DNA of 63,990 nt, filler included, from Octopus bimaculoides (GCF_001194135.2; 5 parts of 3 records of this genome joined end to end with filler, not necessarily neighbours in it), one strand, 5' to 3'; shown: positions 1 through 15,064, counted from the first letter of the whole stretch. Notes: generated by a model from the letters alone, not told the origin. Numbers and translations: made by a program.

Positions 1-210
1 TGGCCGTTTTCGTGCGGGTGACACGTAAAAGCACCCACTACACTCTCTGAGTGGTTGGCGTTAGGAAGGGCATCCAGCTGTAGAAACTCTGCCAAATTAG
101 ATTGGAGCCTGGTGTTGCCATCCGGTTTCACCAGTCCTCAGTCAAATCGTCCAACCCATGCTAGCATGGAAAGCGGACGTTAAACGAAGATGATGATGAT
201 GATGATGATG
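1..210 (+). mobile_element. Abundant GAT-tailed retroposon 3' end (family D)
   Basis: aagcacccactacactc..aggaagggcatccagctgtagaaac..ggacgttaaacg(atg)n. Copies at ~7850-7950, 9290-9570, 12000-12300(-), 13522-13772, 18065-18263(-), 20040-20230, 44100-44290, 58258-58428. Confidence 0.85.
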
Positions 211-2245
211 ATATATATATATATATGCTGACTCATGTCTAGAAACTGAGGGTGGGGGTAAGCAAGGACATGCTCCCCATAGAAAATCCAGCTCCAAAAA
301 AGCCTCATGATAGCAGGGGAGAATGAGCACCAGCCAGCCCAAAGGTTGGTGTGGGCTGCACCTGCTTGCCTCAGTTGCTATGGCATTGAGGTAGATCCGG
401 CTACCCCTGTTAACAGGTTAACGGGGACAAAACCTGGATTTAAACACTGGATGATGGTGATGATATATACACACATACATACTCGACAAGCTTCATTTAG
501 TTTCCATCTATCAAATCCACTCACAAAGCATCTGGTTGGCTCAGAGCTATAATAGAAGACACTTGCCCAAGGAGCCATGCAGTGAGATTGAACCCAGAAC
601 CATGTGGTTGCTAAGCAAGCTTCTTACCACACAGCTGCAGCTGTGTCTGGTTCATTTCCATCTCTCCGGTATAGGATGTGCGATGGTATGCAAGAACCAA
701 TGAGAGAGAGCCTTTATGTGGTCACCCACTTGACATGCTAGACATCACAGTTAAATTTCTTACTCACATACACACACTCACACATCTCAAATCACATCCT
801 GCCATCTTGAAAAAGGATGGACACTGGAATAATGTGGCTTTTTGGTTATGCTAAAACTGGAAAAGGATACGTATTTGGTTATGGGTCTACTTAATCAAAG
901 CCAACATGGTGCTAAGCAACGAGAACAGAAGTAACCACAACAAGCACAGGCGCAGCAGCAGCAAAACCAACAGCAGCAGCAGCAGTAGCAGCAGCAGCAG
1001 CAGTAGCAGCAGCAGCAGCTAAAACGATAGCGATGACTGTAATTTCAACAATTTCATAATTTTCATCCACTCAGAATCATTACTAATTTATTGTTAAAAA
1101 AAAAATTCCATCTCTCTCTTCCTTCCTCCCTCTTCTCTCTCTGTTTGTCTGTCCGTCTCTCTCACACACACACACACATACATACATGCATGGCTGTGAG
1201 ATAAGGGGTTTATTTTCTAAGTGCATGGTTCCGGCTTCGGTCCCACTGTGTGGCACCTTGGGCAAATGTTTTCTACTTTAGCCTCAGGTCGACTAAATCC
1301 TTGTGAATGAAATTAGTAGACGGAAACTGAAAGAAGCCCATTGTATATATGCATATATGTGTGTATGTACACTTATCTGTATGTCTGGTGGGTACATGTG
1401 TCTAAATGTATGTGTTAGCAAGCATTCCCATAGCCTTGGGTGTGGCTGTATAAGAAATTTGCTTCCCAACCACAAGGTTCTGGGTTCAGTCCTACTGTAT
1501 GGCACCTTGAGCAAGTGTCTTCCACTAGAGCCACAAGCCAAGTAAATCCTTCTTAGTGAATTAGGTAGATGGAAACTGGAAGAAGCCTATCATATACATG
1601 TGTGTGTTTGTCTTTGTGCTTGTGTTTGTCCCCCACCACTGCTTGACAAACAGAGCTGGTGTATTTATGTCCCCATAACTTAAAATAAGTACCAGGCTTA
1701 TAAAAACAAAAAGCAATAAGTACTGGAATCGATTCATTTGATTACAAATTCTTCATGGCAGTGCTTCAGAATGACCGCCATCTAATGAATGAAGCAAGCA
1801 AAAGGAATAAAGGAATAAGGGAATAAAAGAATATTCTAGTCACCATGAATCCTGTGTGTACATCACTCATCCCTTGTGACTAAGTGATTACATGTATGAA
1901 TAGCATGATGTGTGATGTATTACAGTATCTGATGGCAACAATGAATACGACCACGAGAAGGGTAGGGATGGTTCTGTTTGAAATTTACCATTATATTTTC
2001 TGGCAGGTAGAGATTAAGTCCAGTTTTCCTTCTTGTTTGTTTTGGTGAAGTGTAGAATAATATATTGCTGGATTTCTGTTTCCTGCCAGCCGCATATTAT
2101 TTGGTTCTCTGATTGACATTCTTTCCGTTATTGGCATGAAACCATGACATAATAGTTTTAAACGCTATAGTTAATGCTTCATTGTGTGTATATATACTTA
2201 CACACAAACACACACATATATATATATACATACAAACATATAATC

Positions 2246-2277
<32 letters not shown>

Positions 2278-2312
2278 ATGTATATATAATATATATATGT
2301 ATATTTATAAAA

Positions 2313-2378
<66 letters not shown>

Positions 2379-2416
2379 TGTATGTATATGTATGCGTGTG
2401 TGCGTATGTATATATA

Positions 2417-2473
<57 letters not shown>

Positions 2474-3151
2474 NNNNNNNNNNNNNNNNNNNNNNNNNNN
2501 NNNNNNNNNNNNNNNNNNNNNNNNNNNNNNNNNNNNNNNNNNNNNNNNNNNNNNNNNNNNNNNNNNNNNNNNNNNNNNNNNNNNNNNNNNNNNNNNNNNN
2601 NNNNNNNNNNNNNNNNNNNNNNNNNNNNNNNNNNNNNNNNNNNNNNNNNNNNNNNNNNNNNNNNNNNNNNNNNNNNNNNNNNNNNNNNNNNNNNNNNNNN
2701 NNNNNNNNNNNNNNNNNNNNNNNNNNNNNNNNNNNNNNNNNNNNNNNNNNNNNNNNNNNNNNNNNNNNNNNNNNNNNNNNNNNNNNNNNNNNNNNNNNNN
2801 NNNNNNNNNNNNNNNNNNNNNNNNNNNNNNNNNNNNNNNNNNNNNNNNNNNNNNNNNNNNNNNNNNNNNNNNNNNNNNNNNNNNNNNNNNNNNNNNNNNN
2901 NNNNNNNNNNNNNNNNNNNNNNNNNNNNNNNNNNNNNNNNNNNNNNNNNNNNNNNNNNNNNNNNNNNNNNNNNNNNNNNNNNNNNNNNNNNNNNNNNNNN
3001 NNNNNNNNNNNNNNNNNNNNNNNNNNNNNNNNNNNNNNNNNNNNNNNNNNNNNNNNNNNNNNNNNNNNNNNNNNNNNNNNNNNNNNNNNNNNNNNNNNNN
3101 NNNNNNNNNNNNNNNNNNNNNNNNNNNNNNNNNNNNNNNNNNNNNNNNNNN

Positions 3152-3193
<42 letters not shown>

Positions 3194-3229
3194 AAGTAAA
3201 GTTTGCAAGATACCGCACGAGTGGAAATA

Positions 3230-3328
3230 TATATGAAAGAAGGTTTGAAAATACGATTTTAAAGATGTTTATTCACTTGACATGAATAAACATCTTTAAA
3301 ATTGTATTTTCAAACCTTCTTTCATATA
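3230..3328. repeat. Hairpin: 46-bp arms, 7-nt loop
   Basis: tatatgaaag...tttattca cttgaca tgaataaa...ctttcatata, with one mismatch (G.T). Confidence 0.9.
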
Positions 3329-3333
3329 CATAC

Positions 3334-3364
<31 letters not shown>

Positions 3365-3745
3365 ATTAGATAAAGATAGTTATAGCATGTCTATTAAGTT
3401 ACTGTGGGTTTCACATCCATAAAGTGCTTAGCTTTTTGGCCATGAAACCCAGGGTAATTTCATAGACCAGTCATAAGTGTCTTTATCTAATTACTCTTCT
3501 GCTCTATAACGTAGAGTCTGCTTCTCTTTCGGATTTATGATTTACTGACGATATATATATATATACACACACACACACATATATACACACACACATGCAT
3601 ACATACATACACACATACATACATCCATGTTACTTTACTTAGAGAAAACAGAAATTAGGTCACCCTGAGAAAATGCCAATTTACATACATGCATATATGT
3701 GTGATATACACATATTAGAATGCAGTCATATACGTTCATATGTAT

Positions 3746-3797
<52 letters not shown>

Positions 3798-4582
3798 ATA
3801 TATATTGACTGGTTTTTCATTGGTTGTTTCTTGTCTATGTGAGGGAGAGAAATATCTTGTTAAGAGTCCATTCCATTTTATTTTTGTTTTTTATTTCAGA
3901 AATAAATGATATGAAATGAAGTGAAGTGAAGTGAAGTGAAGTACATCATATAATCTTTATATATATNNNNNNNNNNNNNNNNNNNNNNNNNNNNNNNNNN
4001 NNNNNNNNNNNNNNNNNNNNNNNNNNNNNNNNNNNNNNNNNNNNNNNNNNNNNNNNNNNNNNNNNNNNNNNNNNNNNNNNNNNNNNNNNNNNNNNNNNNN
4101 NNNNNNNNNNNNNNNNNNNNNNNNNNNNNNNNNNNNNNNNNNNNNNNNNNNNNNNNNNNNNNNNNNNNNNNNNNNNNNNNNNNNNNNNNNNNNNNNNNNN
4201 NNNNNNNNNNNNNNNNNNNNNNNNNNNNNNNNNNNNNNNNNNNNNNNNNNNNNNNNNNNNNNNNNNNNNNNNNNNNNNNNNNNNNNNNNNNNNNNNNNNN
4301 NNNNNNNNNNNNNNNNNNNNNNNNNNNNNNNNNNNNNNNNNNNNNNNNNNNNNNNNNNNNNNNNNNNNNNNNNNNNNNNNNNNNNNNNNNNNNNNNNNNN
4401 NNNNNNNNNNNNNNNNNNNNNNNNNNNNNNNNNNNNNNNNNNNNNNNNNNNNNNNNNNNNNNNNNNNNTATATATATATATATATATATATATATCATGG
4501 TCAATCTGTGTGTGTGTGTGTGTATGTGTGTGTGTATGTGTGTTTGTGAGCATGTACCTTTAAATATTCTCTGCAGACATCC

Positions 4583-4616
<34 letters not shown>

Positions 4617-5620
4617 AGATAGATATATAGATATGTATATATATAGTGTACTTTTCTCATTTTTCCTCTCATCTTATTGTGCCATTTTTAGTTTGTTATG
4701 CCATGTGGGCAGTGTCTGATGATTGTGCTAGGACACCAGACATGTTAGAAAACACTGTTTGCCATGCTCTCAGCACATGAAATTAAATAGTAGCACAAAG
4801 ATATATAAGATTGTGTTTATTAAATAATATATTCATGAAGGTGCATGGTCTGGTGGTTAAGGTGTTGTGCTCGTGATCTGGTGATCATGGTTTCAATTCT
4901 TGGGTCAAGTGGTGTATTGTGGTCTTGAGCAAAACACTTCATTTCATGTTGTTCCTGTCCACTCAACTGTAAATAGGTAACATAGTAGCCTTCTGATCAG
5001 GGCAAATGCTGACCTTCTGGCCAAGCCACTATGATTGATACATTCTACATACTTTATAGTCACATGGCTTTTTGATGGATTTCAGAGTTGATTATATTAT
5101 TTGAATTTTTGTGAAGGTTATTAGTAGTAGTAGTGGATAATTAGTAGGCAGTAAGGACCACTTGGTTATTAAAAGAAGTAGTCAGTTATATTTTAAATTC
5201 TTCTAACTTATTATAATCCCTTAATGTGTTCTTAGGTTCTGTTATATTGTAAATCACTGCATATAGATATGTTACAATATGAGACCATAACCTGTGGCCT
5301 ATGCCAGGGGTGTATAACCAGCCCACTTCTGAGTACTCTTCATTCATTGGACAATAAACTTTGCATGCGAAAACCTGTTGAGGCAAGTGAAATCAAAATC
5401 AAAATAGCTGACTTGGACGATGACAATGCAGCCTCATTGGCACTCATGCCAGTGGTGCGGTAAAAGCACAATCTGAGCATGACTGTTGCCAGGGCCGCTG
5501 ACTGGCTCCTGTGCCTAGGCTCTTCCACAGAAAGGAACACAGAAAGAAACAAGGAGAGAAAAAAAGAATGTGTAGTGGCGAGTGATCTATCATGGCGAAA
5601 ATATATACATACGCACACAC

Positions 5621-5852
5621 AGGCGGCGAGCTGGCAGAAACGTTAGCACGCCGGGCGAAATGCTTAGCTGTATTTTGTCTGCCGCTACGTTCTGAGTTCA
5701 AATTCCGCCGAGGTCGACTTTGCCTTTCATACTTTCGGGGTCGATTAAATAAGTACCAGTTACGCACTGGGGTCGATATAATCAACTTAATCCGTTTGTC
5801 TGTCCTTGTTTGTCCCCTCTGTGTGTAGCCCCTTGTGGGTAGTAAAGAAATA
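5621..5852 (+). mobile_element. tRNA-derived SINE family B
   Basis: ggcggcgagctggcagaaacgttagc...gagttcaaattccgccgagg. Related copies at ~13840-14050(-), 30290-30500(+), 35380-35470(-), 52740-52940(+), 54460-54670(-). Confidence 0.8.
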
Positions 5853-7685
5853 ACACAGAGACATACCTACATACATATATGTGTGTGTGTGTGCATATGT
5901 GTGTGTGTGTATGTGTATGTGAGTATGTGTGTGTATATGTATGTATACACACACACACATATATATATAGCTATCAATTGAATCCTGCCACCAGGCTCCA
6001 TATTGCATATTAACAGACTCCACTTTGTTGCAAGCCATTCAGATCCAGGTCTTTGCTCTGTCAATGGCTGCCTCTCTCACTCCCACCATTTCTTGGGAAC
6101 CTTGCAGAAGTGTCACATGTACTGTTCTCCCTCCTTTGACTGAACCATTAATAAAACAACAACAATGACAGGATAACAGGAACAAAAGCAACACCAAAAA
6201 AAAATCTAACAACAACAATAAACAAGACCAGCAACAATAATAAAAACAACAGTTTTCATTTTGCCATTTTCTCTTAACTACGATTTTTTTCCGTCATTTC
6301 TCTTTGTGTCACTTAGCCTTATTCTATCACCTGATAGCAATTATATATATATATATATNNNNNNNNNNNNNNNNNNNNNNNNNNNNNNNNNNNNNNNNNN
6401 NNNNNNNNNNNNNNNNNNNNNNNNNNNNNNNNNNNNNNNNNNNNNNNNNNNNNNNNNNNNNNNNNNNNNNNNNNNNNNNNNNNNNNNNNNNNNNNNNNNN
6501 NNNNNNNNNNNNNNNNNNNNNNNNNNNNNNNNNNNNNNNNNNNNNNNNNNNNNNNNNNNNNNNNNNNNNNNNNNNNNNNNNNNNNNNNNNNNNNNNNNNN
6601 NNNNNNNNNNNNNNNNNNNNNNNNNNNNNNNNNNNNNNNNNNNNNNNNNNNNNNNNNNNNNNNNNNNNNNNNNNNNNNNNNNNNNNNNNNNNNNNNNNNN
6701 NNNNNNNNNNNNNNNNNNNNNNNNNNNNNNNNNNNNNNNNNNNNNNNNNNNNNNNNNNNNNNNNNNNNNNNNNNNNNNNNNNNNNNNNNNNNNNNNNNNN
6801 NNNNNNNNNNNNNNNNNNNNNNNNNNNNNNNNNNNNNNNNNNNNNNNNNNNNNNNNNNNNNNNNNNNNNNNNNNNNNNNNNNNNNNNNNNNNNNNNNNNN
6901 NNNNNNNNNNNNNNNNNNNNNNNNNNNNNNNNNNNNNNNNNNNNNNNNNNNNNNNNNNNNNNNNNNNNNNNNNNNNNNNNNNNNNNNNNNNNNNNNNNNN
7001 NNNNNNNNNNNNNNNNNNNNNNNNNNNNNNNNNNNNNNNNNNNNNNNNNNNNNNNNNNNNNNNNNNNNNNNNNNNNNNNNNNNNNNNNNNNNNNNNNNNN
7101 NNNNNNNNNNNNNNNNNNNNNNNNNNNNNNNNNNNNNNNNNNNNNNNNNNNNNNNNNNNNNNNNNNNNNNNNNNNNNNNNNNNNNNNNNNNNNNNNNNNN
7201 NNNNNNNNNNNNNNNNNNNNNNNNNNNNNNNNNNNNNNNNNNNNNNNNNNNNNNNNNNNNNNNNNNNNNNNNNNNNAGTGTAGACATGTTACCATGAAGT
7301 AGAAAAATTTGAAAAGACAACACGAAACCGGTTATTTCTCCAAATACAATGGTTATATACCAAAAAAATTTTATAACATTTTTCTGACATATTTTAAATA
7401 TATACTTTAATCATGTAACACAAGCCTTCTGTAGTTTTTTCACTCTTGTTTATCTTTTATATATATATATATATATATACCTTTACTCTTTTATTTATTT
7501 CAGTCATTTGACTGTGGCCATGCTGGAGCACTGCCTTTAGTTGAACAAGTCAACCACAGGACGTATTTTTTGTAAGCCTAGTACTTATTCTATTGGCCTC
7601 TTTTTGCCGAACCGCTAAGTTATGGGAGATGTAAACACACCAACATTGGTTGCCAAGCGATGGTGGGAGGACAAACACAAATACA

Positions 7686-7727
<42 letters not shown>

Positions 7728-7953
7728 TATACTACAGGCTTCTTTCAGTTTCCATCTACCAAATCCACTCATGAAGCTTTGATCAGCCCGAGGGTATAGT
7801 AGAAGACACTTACCCAAGGTGCCATGCAGTGGGACTGAACCTATAACACTGCTAGCCTGGTGTAGCCATCTGGTTTCACCAGTCGTTAGTCAAATCGTCC
7901 AACCCATGCTAGCATGGAAAGCAGACGTTAAACGATGATGATGATGATGATAC

Positions 7954-8062
<109 letters not shown>

Positions 8063-8498
8063 TAAATATGCATGATAGGTTTCTTTTAGTTTCTGTCTAT
8101 CAAATCTCCTGACAAGGTGTTAGTCAACCCAGGGCTATGACAGAAGACGTTTACCCAAGGTACCAAGTGCGGGGACTGAATCGAACCTGAAAACATGTTT
8201 GGAAACAGAGCCTCTTAACCAAACAGCAATGCGTCTGCATACAAACAGACATAGAAATACACTGACATACTTCCCTGTGCATGTAGACGTATACAAAATA
8301 CATTACCCATTATTGTCAACAGTAAAGAATAATTACATAGTTGTTTAATTAATCTAGATAAACTCTCATTATCTCTAATGAACTCTCACTGTAGTTCATT
8401 CCATTTTGCTCAGTCTAGTACGAGGTCAAGCAAACTCTCGTTAACTTTCGTATTGACCATAAATCCGTAACACAAAACCAAGAATGCATCTCATAGAC

Positions 8499-8738
8499 CA
8501 GTGGTTCCCAAACTTTTTCAGGCTGCTGTTCCCTTGGCACGTGGGCCACATCTAGTACCACCCATCCCCCACTCACCACCACAAACATAGATCGCTTTCA
8601 GCAGCAAATTCAAAACAACTATATTTCATAAATAAAAACTTAACCTAATTGACCCATTATTCTTTTTTTTTTTACATCACCCCATTTTTTTTCAACATCC
8701 CACTGGATCTCCCCCACCGCCACCCCAAGGGGTCACTG
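8499..8738. mobile_element. Degenerate hAT-like MITE
   Basis: Starts CAGTGGTTCCCAAACT. The right end (ggggtcactg) is weak. Confidence 0.4.
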
Positions 8739-11700
8739 AATGTGTTAATGTGTTTCAACTGGCAATTTAAGTAGATCCAATCGTAGATTTTATATTCTAC
8801 TACATAATATATACTTTTTTACTCTTTACTCTTTTACTTGCTTCAGTCATTTGACTGCGGCCATGCTGGAGCACCGCCTTTAGTCGAGTAAATCGGCCCC
8901 AGGACTTATTCTTTGTAAGCCTAGTACTTATTCTATCGGTTCTCTTTTGCCGAACTGCTAAGTTACGGGGTTGTAACTTAGTTAGGGCTATTTGGCTCAC
9001 GATCATCAGGTCATGAGTTCAATTCCTAGCAGTTTGTTGTGTCCTTAAGCAAGACACTCTATTTCACATTGCACTTCCCTCAGGTTGGGCAACCATGCAT
9101 TTTCCTTTGCAGTAGCACACCTGTTTCTGTCTTCATTCCAGATCTTTCTCTCTCTGGTCAGGTAACCTTGTACTTCCTCCACAGCATGACACCTGTATCT
9201 GTCTCACTATAACCTTTTCGTCATCACCTTCTCCAATACCTCTGCCCCTCTTAAAAGTTTTTGTCTTGCAGGTACTTGGTGACCCTGTCAGTGCAGGTGC
9301 CACTTAAAAGTAAAGTGGTTGGTGTCAGGTAGGGCATCCAGCTGTATAAACCTTGCCAAAACTGACCTCGCCTGTGTTTGTGCCACATAAAAAGCACTAA
9401 GTCCACTCTGCTGAGTGATTGGTGTTAGGAAGGGCATCCAGCTGTAAAAATCCTGCCAAAACAGTCACAGAAGTCTGGTGCAGGCTTTGGCCTGGCCAGC
9501 TCCTGTGGTACTGTCCCACCCATGCCAGCATGGAACACAGACGTTAAATGATGATGATGATGATGGTGATGATGATCCAGTCAACTCAGCTGGCAAAAAT
9601 GAGTAGTACCTGTATTTCAAAGGGCCAGCCTTGTCCCATTCTTGTCAGGCAGAATCTCCCTGAGAACTACGTTAAACGTACACGTGTCTGTGGAGTGCTC
9701 AGCCACTTGCATGTTAATTTCACAAGCAGGCTGTCCCGTTGACAGGATCAACTGAGACACTCATTGTCGTAACTGACAGAGTGCTGGATATTTCATCAGA
9801 AATATGGCGACAAGAAGGCTAAATTCCTATATTATACACAGTTGGTATTGATACTGTTTAACCCTTGGTCAAATCAACCTCGATCAAACAGACATATGAT
9901 CAAATGTAGTGTAACCATGCCCAACCCAATTCTTCCCAGGCCATGCTGGGGCTTTGCTGGTGTATTCTCATGTGTTAAAATGGCATGCTATGAAAACTAT
10001 TTAGAATGAGGATATGACTGTTTATTGAATGTATCATGAAATAATTATGTCCTATTAATCTTAAAAAAGAAGAGAGAAATATCTGTTATGTCAACAGCTA
10101 ATTTCATTTCATCATTGGTTCGAGGCTACTTGTCTGTTCTCCTCCTCCTTCTCCTTCAAAAAAACCACCACCAACAATAACAAACAATACGAACCTATGA
10201 GAAAACTTCTATGTGGTTGTTTGACCTGTTAGATATAGTAGTCAAATCTCCCTCGAATCATACACTGTTGCTTTTTAAAATATAAATGGGGGAAGACTCT
10301 TTGAATAATGTGGTTCTAGAGTCAATGAGGATGGGAATAAAAGAAAGGAAAAAAAGAAAAATTGCTGGAATGATTCTGAGGATTATAGTTCTGGTTAATC
10401 AGGGCTAATCATGGACAAAACAACAACAATAACAACAATAATAACAGTCAATGAATGAACCATTACATGGAATTTTAACCAGATGAAAATTCGAAGCCTA
10501 CTGTCTTAAAAATGGAAGGTCATACTAGACAATGTAGTTTTCGAAAGGCTACGTCAGAAAAAGAAGAAGATTCAAAGCAACCCCTAACAAACAGGATGGT
10601 CATAATTGGAATGCAATCATGCCGGATCAGGGTTGCCTTGTGTGTATGTGTATGTGTGTGTGTGTGTGTGTGTAGGAGTTGGGTGAGACATAGGAAAGAC
10701 AAATGACTACAACAACAAGAAAAACAAACCATGCTTATGAAATGTAAACAGGCATAGTAGTAAGAAGCTTGCTTCCCAACCACATGGTTCCAGGTTCAGT
10801 CCCACTGCATGGCACCTTGGGTAAGTGTCTTCTACCATGGCTTCTGGCCGACTAAAGCCTTGTGAGTGGATTTGGTAGATGGAAACTTAAAGAAGCCCGT
10901 CGTATATATGTATATGTATTTGTGTGTCTGTGTTTGCCCCCCCCCCCAACCATCGCTTGACAACCGATGTTGGCCTTTCTGGTGCTCTGCCTTAAAGAAT
11001 TTTTAGTGAAACGAATCAATCCCAAGATTTATTTTATTTACATTTTGTTTCTTTAAAAGCCTGGTACTTATTCTATCAGTCTCTTTTGCTGAACTGCTAA
11101 GTTACAGGGATGTAAATATGCCAACACCAGTTGTCGAGCAGTGGTGGAGGTGGTGGGGACAAATACAGACACAAAGACACACACACACACATAGATATAT
11201 GCACATGCAATGGGCTTCTCTTCACTAGCATTGCTAGGGGGAATGGTAGGGGTGGCCAACCCTGGGCAGGACTTTTGGGTCTGCTGTAGGCAATATTTGT
11301 TTTTTGTGGAGTCCAGGGGTGACAAGCGGAAGGGCTTCCCCGGATGGCACACACTCTAGCTCTGCTAGTGCTTCTCTTAGTTTCCATCTACCAAATCAAC
11401 TGACAAGGATTTGGTTGGCTCAAGGCTGTAGTAGAGACCCTTGCCCAAGGAGCCATGCAGTGAAACTAATCCTGGAATCCTGTGGTTGGCAAGCAAGCTT
11501 CTTACCACACAGCATGACTAAAAAGCTCCTTCCAGAAAGCACTAATATTCAGTCTGGGTAAAATATATTTTGGTGAAGCATTCTGCATACCATATGTATT
11601 GGGTTGTCCTGAAAGTTTGTGCCGATTTATAGTAGCTTACCTTTTGACTTATTTGCCATAAAACCACCTCAATTCTGGGAAGAGGGTATTTTCAAGTTAA

Positions 11701-14572
11701 AAGGAAAGATCGAGACACATTGTGCAAGAAAACGGTTCATATTTGGTTGATTAAAAATGTAATAGCAAGTATTTATTGACCTTTTTCTTTTCTTTAAAAA
11801 TCGGCACGAACTTTCCGGACAACCCAATAAAATATAATAGGGTTTCATACATGTAATATTCTGAATGAAAAGTTTTTGCTTAACCCAGATTATCCAAAAT
11901 GTATGTAGCAAGTAAACGTAAAAACTTCCTACTCGAAGCTATTTAAAGCCTAAAACCATTAGCAAGGGAGTTAACTCTAATAAGATCATCATCGTTGTTT
12001 AACGCCTGCTTTCCATACTGGCATGGGTTGGACAGTTTACCAGGAGTTGGCCAGGCATGAACTTTACCAGAATTCCGTGTGTGTTTTGGTAGAGCTTTAT
12101 AGCTCAATGCCCTTCCTAACACCAACCACCCAGCAAAGTGGACGGAGTGCTTTTTACATGGCATGAGCACAGGTGAAGTCAGTTTCGGCATGGTGGAGGC
12201 CCTTACAGCTGGAGGCCTTTTCAAATGCCAACCACTTTACAGTGTGGACTGGATGCTTTTTGCATGGCACCAAACACTGGCAGGGTCACTAAGTAACTTG
12301 CAAGACAAAGATCTTTGGAGAGAAGAGAGGGGGAATTGGAGGAGGAAGACAAAGAGCCTTTGAGAAGAGAGGGCTTTGGTGGAGGTGACCTTGTGTCAGA
12401 TGATGAAAGGTTCGAGTGTAACTGAGAGACAGAGAGGCAGAAACAGGTGCCCTGGTGTAGAGGGGGTACATAGTTACCTAAGCTCCGGCAGGGGATGATG
12501 GCGAACCCTGCTGTACTCTTCCACCACAACTTTCTCTCACTCTTACTTCCTGTTTCTGTTGTGCCTGTAATTCAAAGGGTCAGCCTTGTCACACTGTGTC
12601 CCGCTGAATATCCCTGAGAACTGCATTAAGGGTACACGTGTCTGTGGAGTGCTCAGCCAGTTGCACGTTAATTTCATGAGCAGGCTGTTCTGTTGATCGG
12701 ATCAACTGGAACCCTCGACGTCGTAAGCGACGGAGTGCCAACAACAACAAACATAGTTACCTGGTCAGAGAGAGAGAGAGAGAGAGAAAGTGGATAGAAA
12801 ATTTTTGGTGAATATAGACAATGTTAATTGAAGCAGATCTGGTATTTACAGCCAACAAGTGTAAACAAGAGAGTAGAGATGGGTTTAGGGAGAATGTGAG
12901 TGGCTGAGGAGGAGAGGGAGGAGGAGAAGAAAAGAGAGGGGAAGAGAGACATTTTAGAACCAAGCTGTTTCCACTCTGATAAGTCATAAAATATTATACT
13001 TAACTCTGTAACTACTTATAAACAGAAAAAAAAAAAACACATAAGTGGTTTGTTGCTGAACATCTGCTTGGTCAGTATGTATCTGGGATGGTGCTGTCGC
13101 TGCGCACATACATACATACACACGCATGCATACACATACACACATGCACATGTGCACACACACACACGCTTCCACACAGACCTTCTGGAAAACAAAAGAC
13201 AAGCCACTTGACTTATTGTCATAAAGTCATTTTCCAAAATACTTAAAGCTCAGGTCTACAACATGATGTGTCCTCTCTTTGCTTCTACATCACCAGCTGA
13301 CCACATTTCATCGATAATAATGGCTAATTGGAGTATTTTGTATATAAATAAGGTACAACATAAGGTACATAGTAATCACTCATACAAACATTCACACACT
13401 TCCCTTGTACACATACACACACACACACACACACACATATACTCACACAGAGTTGAAACACAGATTTTGTTTTTTTCCCCTCTTCCTTCCTTATATATCT
13501 ATCACCCCTTCCTTTCTCTCATGCCGGTGGCACATAAAAAGCACCATTTCAGCGTGGTTGATACCAGTGCTGCCTGACTGGCTCCTGTGCCAGTGGCACG
13601 TAAAAAGCACCCAGTACACTCTCAGAGTGGTTGGCGTTAGGAAGGGCATCCAGCTGTAGAAACTCTGCCAGATCAGATTGAAGCCTGGTGCAGCCATCTG
13701 GTTTCACCAGTCCTCAGTCAAACCGTCCAACCCATGCCAGCATGGAAAATGGACGTTAAATGATGATGATGAAAGCAAATGATTGAGACATCATCATTGG
13801 TTCATGTTGTGATTAATGTTAATGATTGTAAATATTGATTTCAAATTTTGGCACAAGGCCAGCAATTTTGGGGACGGGGGCTAGTTGATTACATTGACCC
13901 TAGTTCAATCGGTTTTTATTTTATCGACCGCCAAATGGTTGAAAGGTAAAGTCAATCTCAGTGAAATTTGAACTCAGGACATAAAGACAGATGAAATGTT
14001 ACGTAGCATTTCCGCCAGGCATTCTACTAATTCTGTCAGCTTGTCACCTTAATGTAGTTGTAAATATTACTTGCTATTACACTTCCAAACTAATTCTGTA
14101 ATTCTTCATTTCAAACATTTAAAAATATTTTATCAATTGTCCTTTTTTCCCTCTGTATATATGTGTATGTATGTGTGTGTGTGTGTGTATGTGTGTGTGT
14201 GTGTGGGGGGGTATGGGAAGGAAAGCAGGATGGGTAATTAATTATCTTTGAATAAACTGATGTATTTATTAAAATTAACTGTTGTGATAATTAATTTCAT
14301 TTTTTTTTTTCGTAACATAGCAGGATATAATTATTTCACAATTCATTCATTAAACAGTGACATTCTTTACCTAAATAGTTTTTAATATCATACCATTCAA
14401 TAGAGAACAGAATTCACTTTGGTAAGTGCATTGAAGTCTTAATCAAATCATTTTTTTGTTGTTTTTTTTGTTGTTTCAGGAATAGTCTACCTTGGATTAT
14501 GTTAGCCAATAGGTATTTGTTTTTAAAACAATAGGGTATAGTCTGACTAAGGTTTAATTAATTCCAAGAGAA

Positions 14573-14612
<40 letters not shown>

Positions 14613-14686
14613 GAACCATCCCAGATAAAGTTGTCCTCAGTAGGATTCAAACCAGAATGGCTGAGAGCCAAAGAATTATTCTAATT

Positions 14687-15033
14687 CAGTGGTTCCAAAC
14701 CATTTTTTGCCTATAGACCCCTTTTATTCTTATTTTATTGAGGAAGTGGTGAAACTCATAGTCACCCAATGTCTAAAACCTCCTACTATATTTTTATGAT
14801 TAAATATTGCTGGGAATTGTATAAAAAATGTTAAAATATTTCGAATTTTGTAGAACTATAATCAATTTATTGTAGATAAATTTTAACGTGGTAAGTAGCT
14901 TGCTTACCAACCACATGGTTCTGGGTTCAGTCCCACTGCGTGGCACATTAGGCAAGTGTCTTCTACTATAGCCTCGGGCCGACCAAAGCCTTGTGAGTGG
15001 ATTTGGTAGATGGAAACTGAAAGAAGCCCGTCG

Positions 15034-15064
<31 letters not shown>

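Noticed and set aside
4711-4757. CAGTGT-CTGATGA...GAAA-ACACTG, resembling a hammerhead
   Set aside because: No stem III or UH site between GAAA and the pairing arm, and stem II is poor; likely chance.
2174-7323. Long ORFs of 200-340 aa in the ORF track (also at 18141-18967, 27637-28578, 31157-31614, 54743-55670, 57755-58285)
   Set aside because: They consist of N gaps plus (TA)n/(CA)n translations and are not genes.
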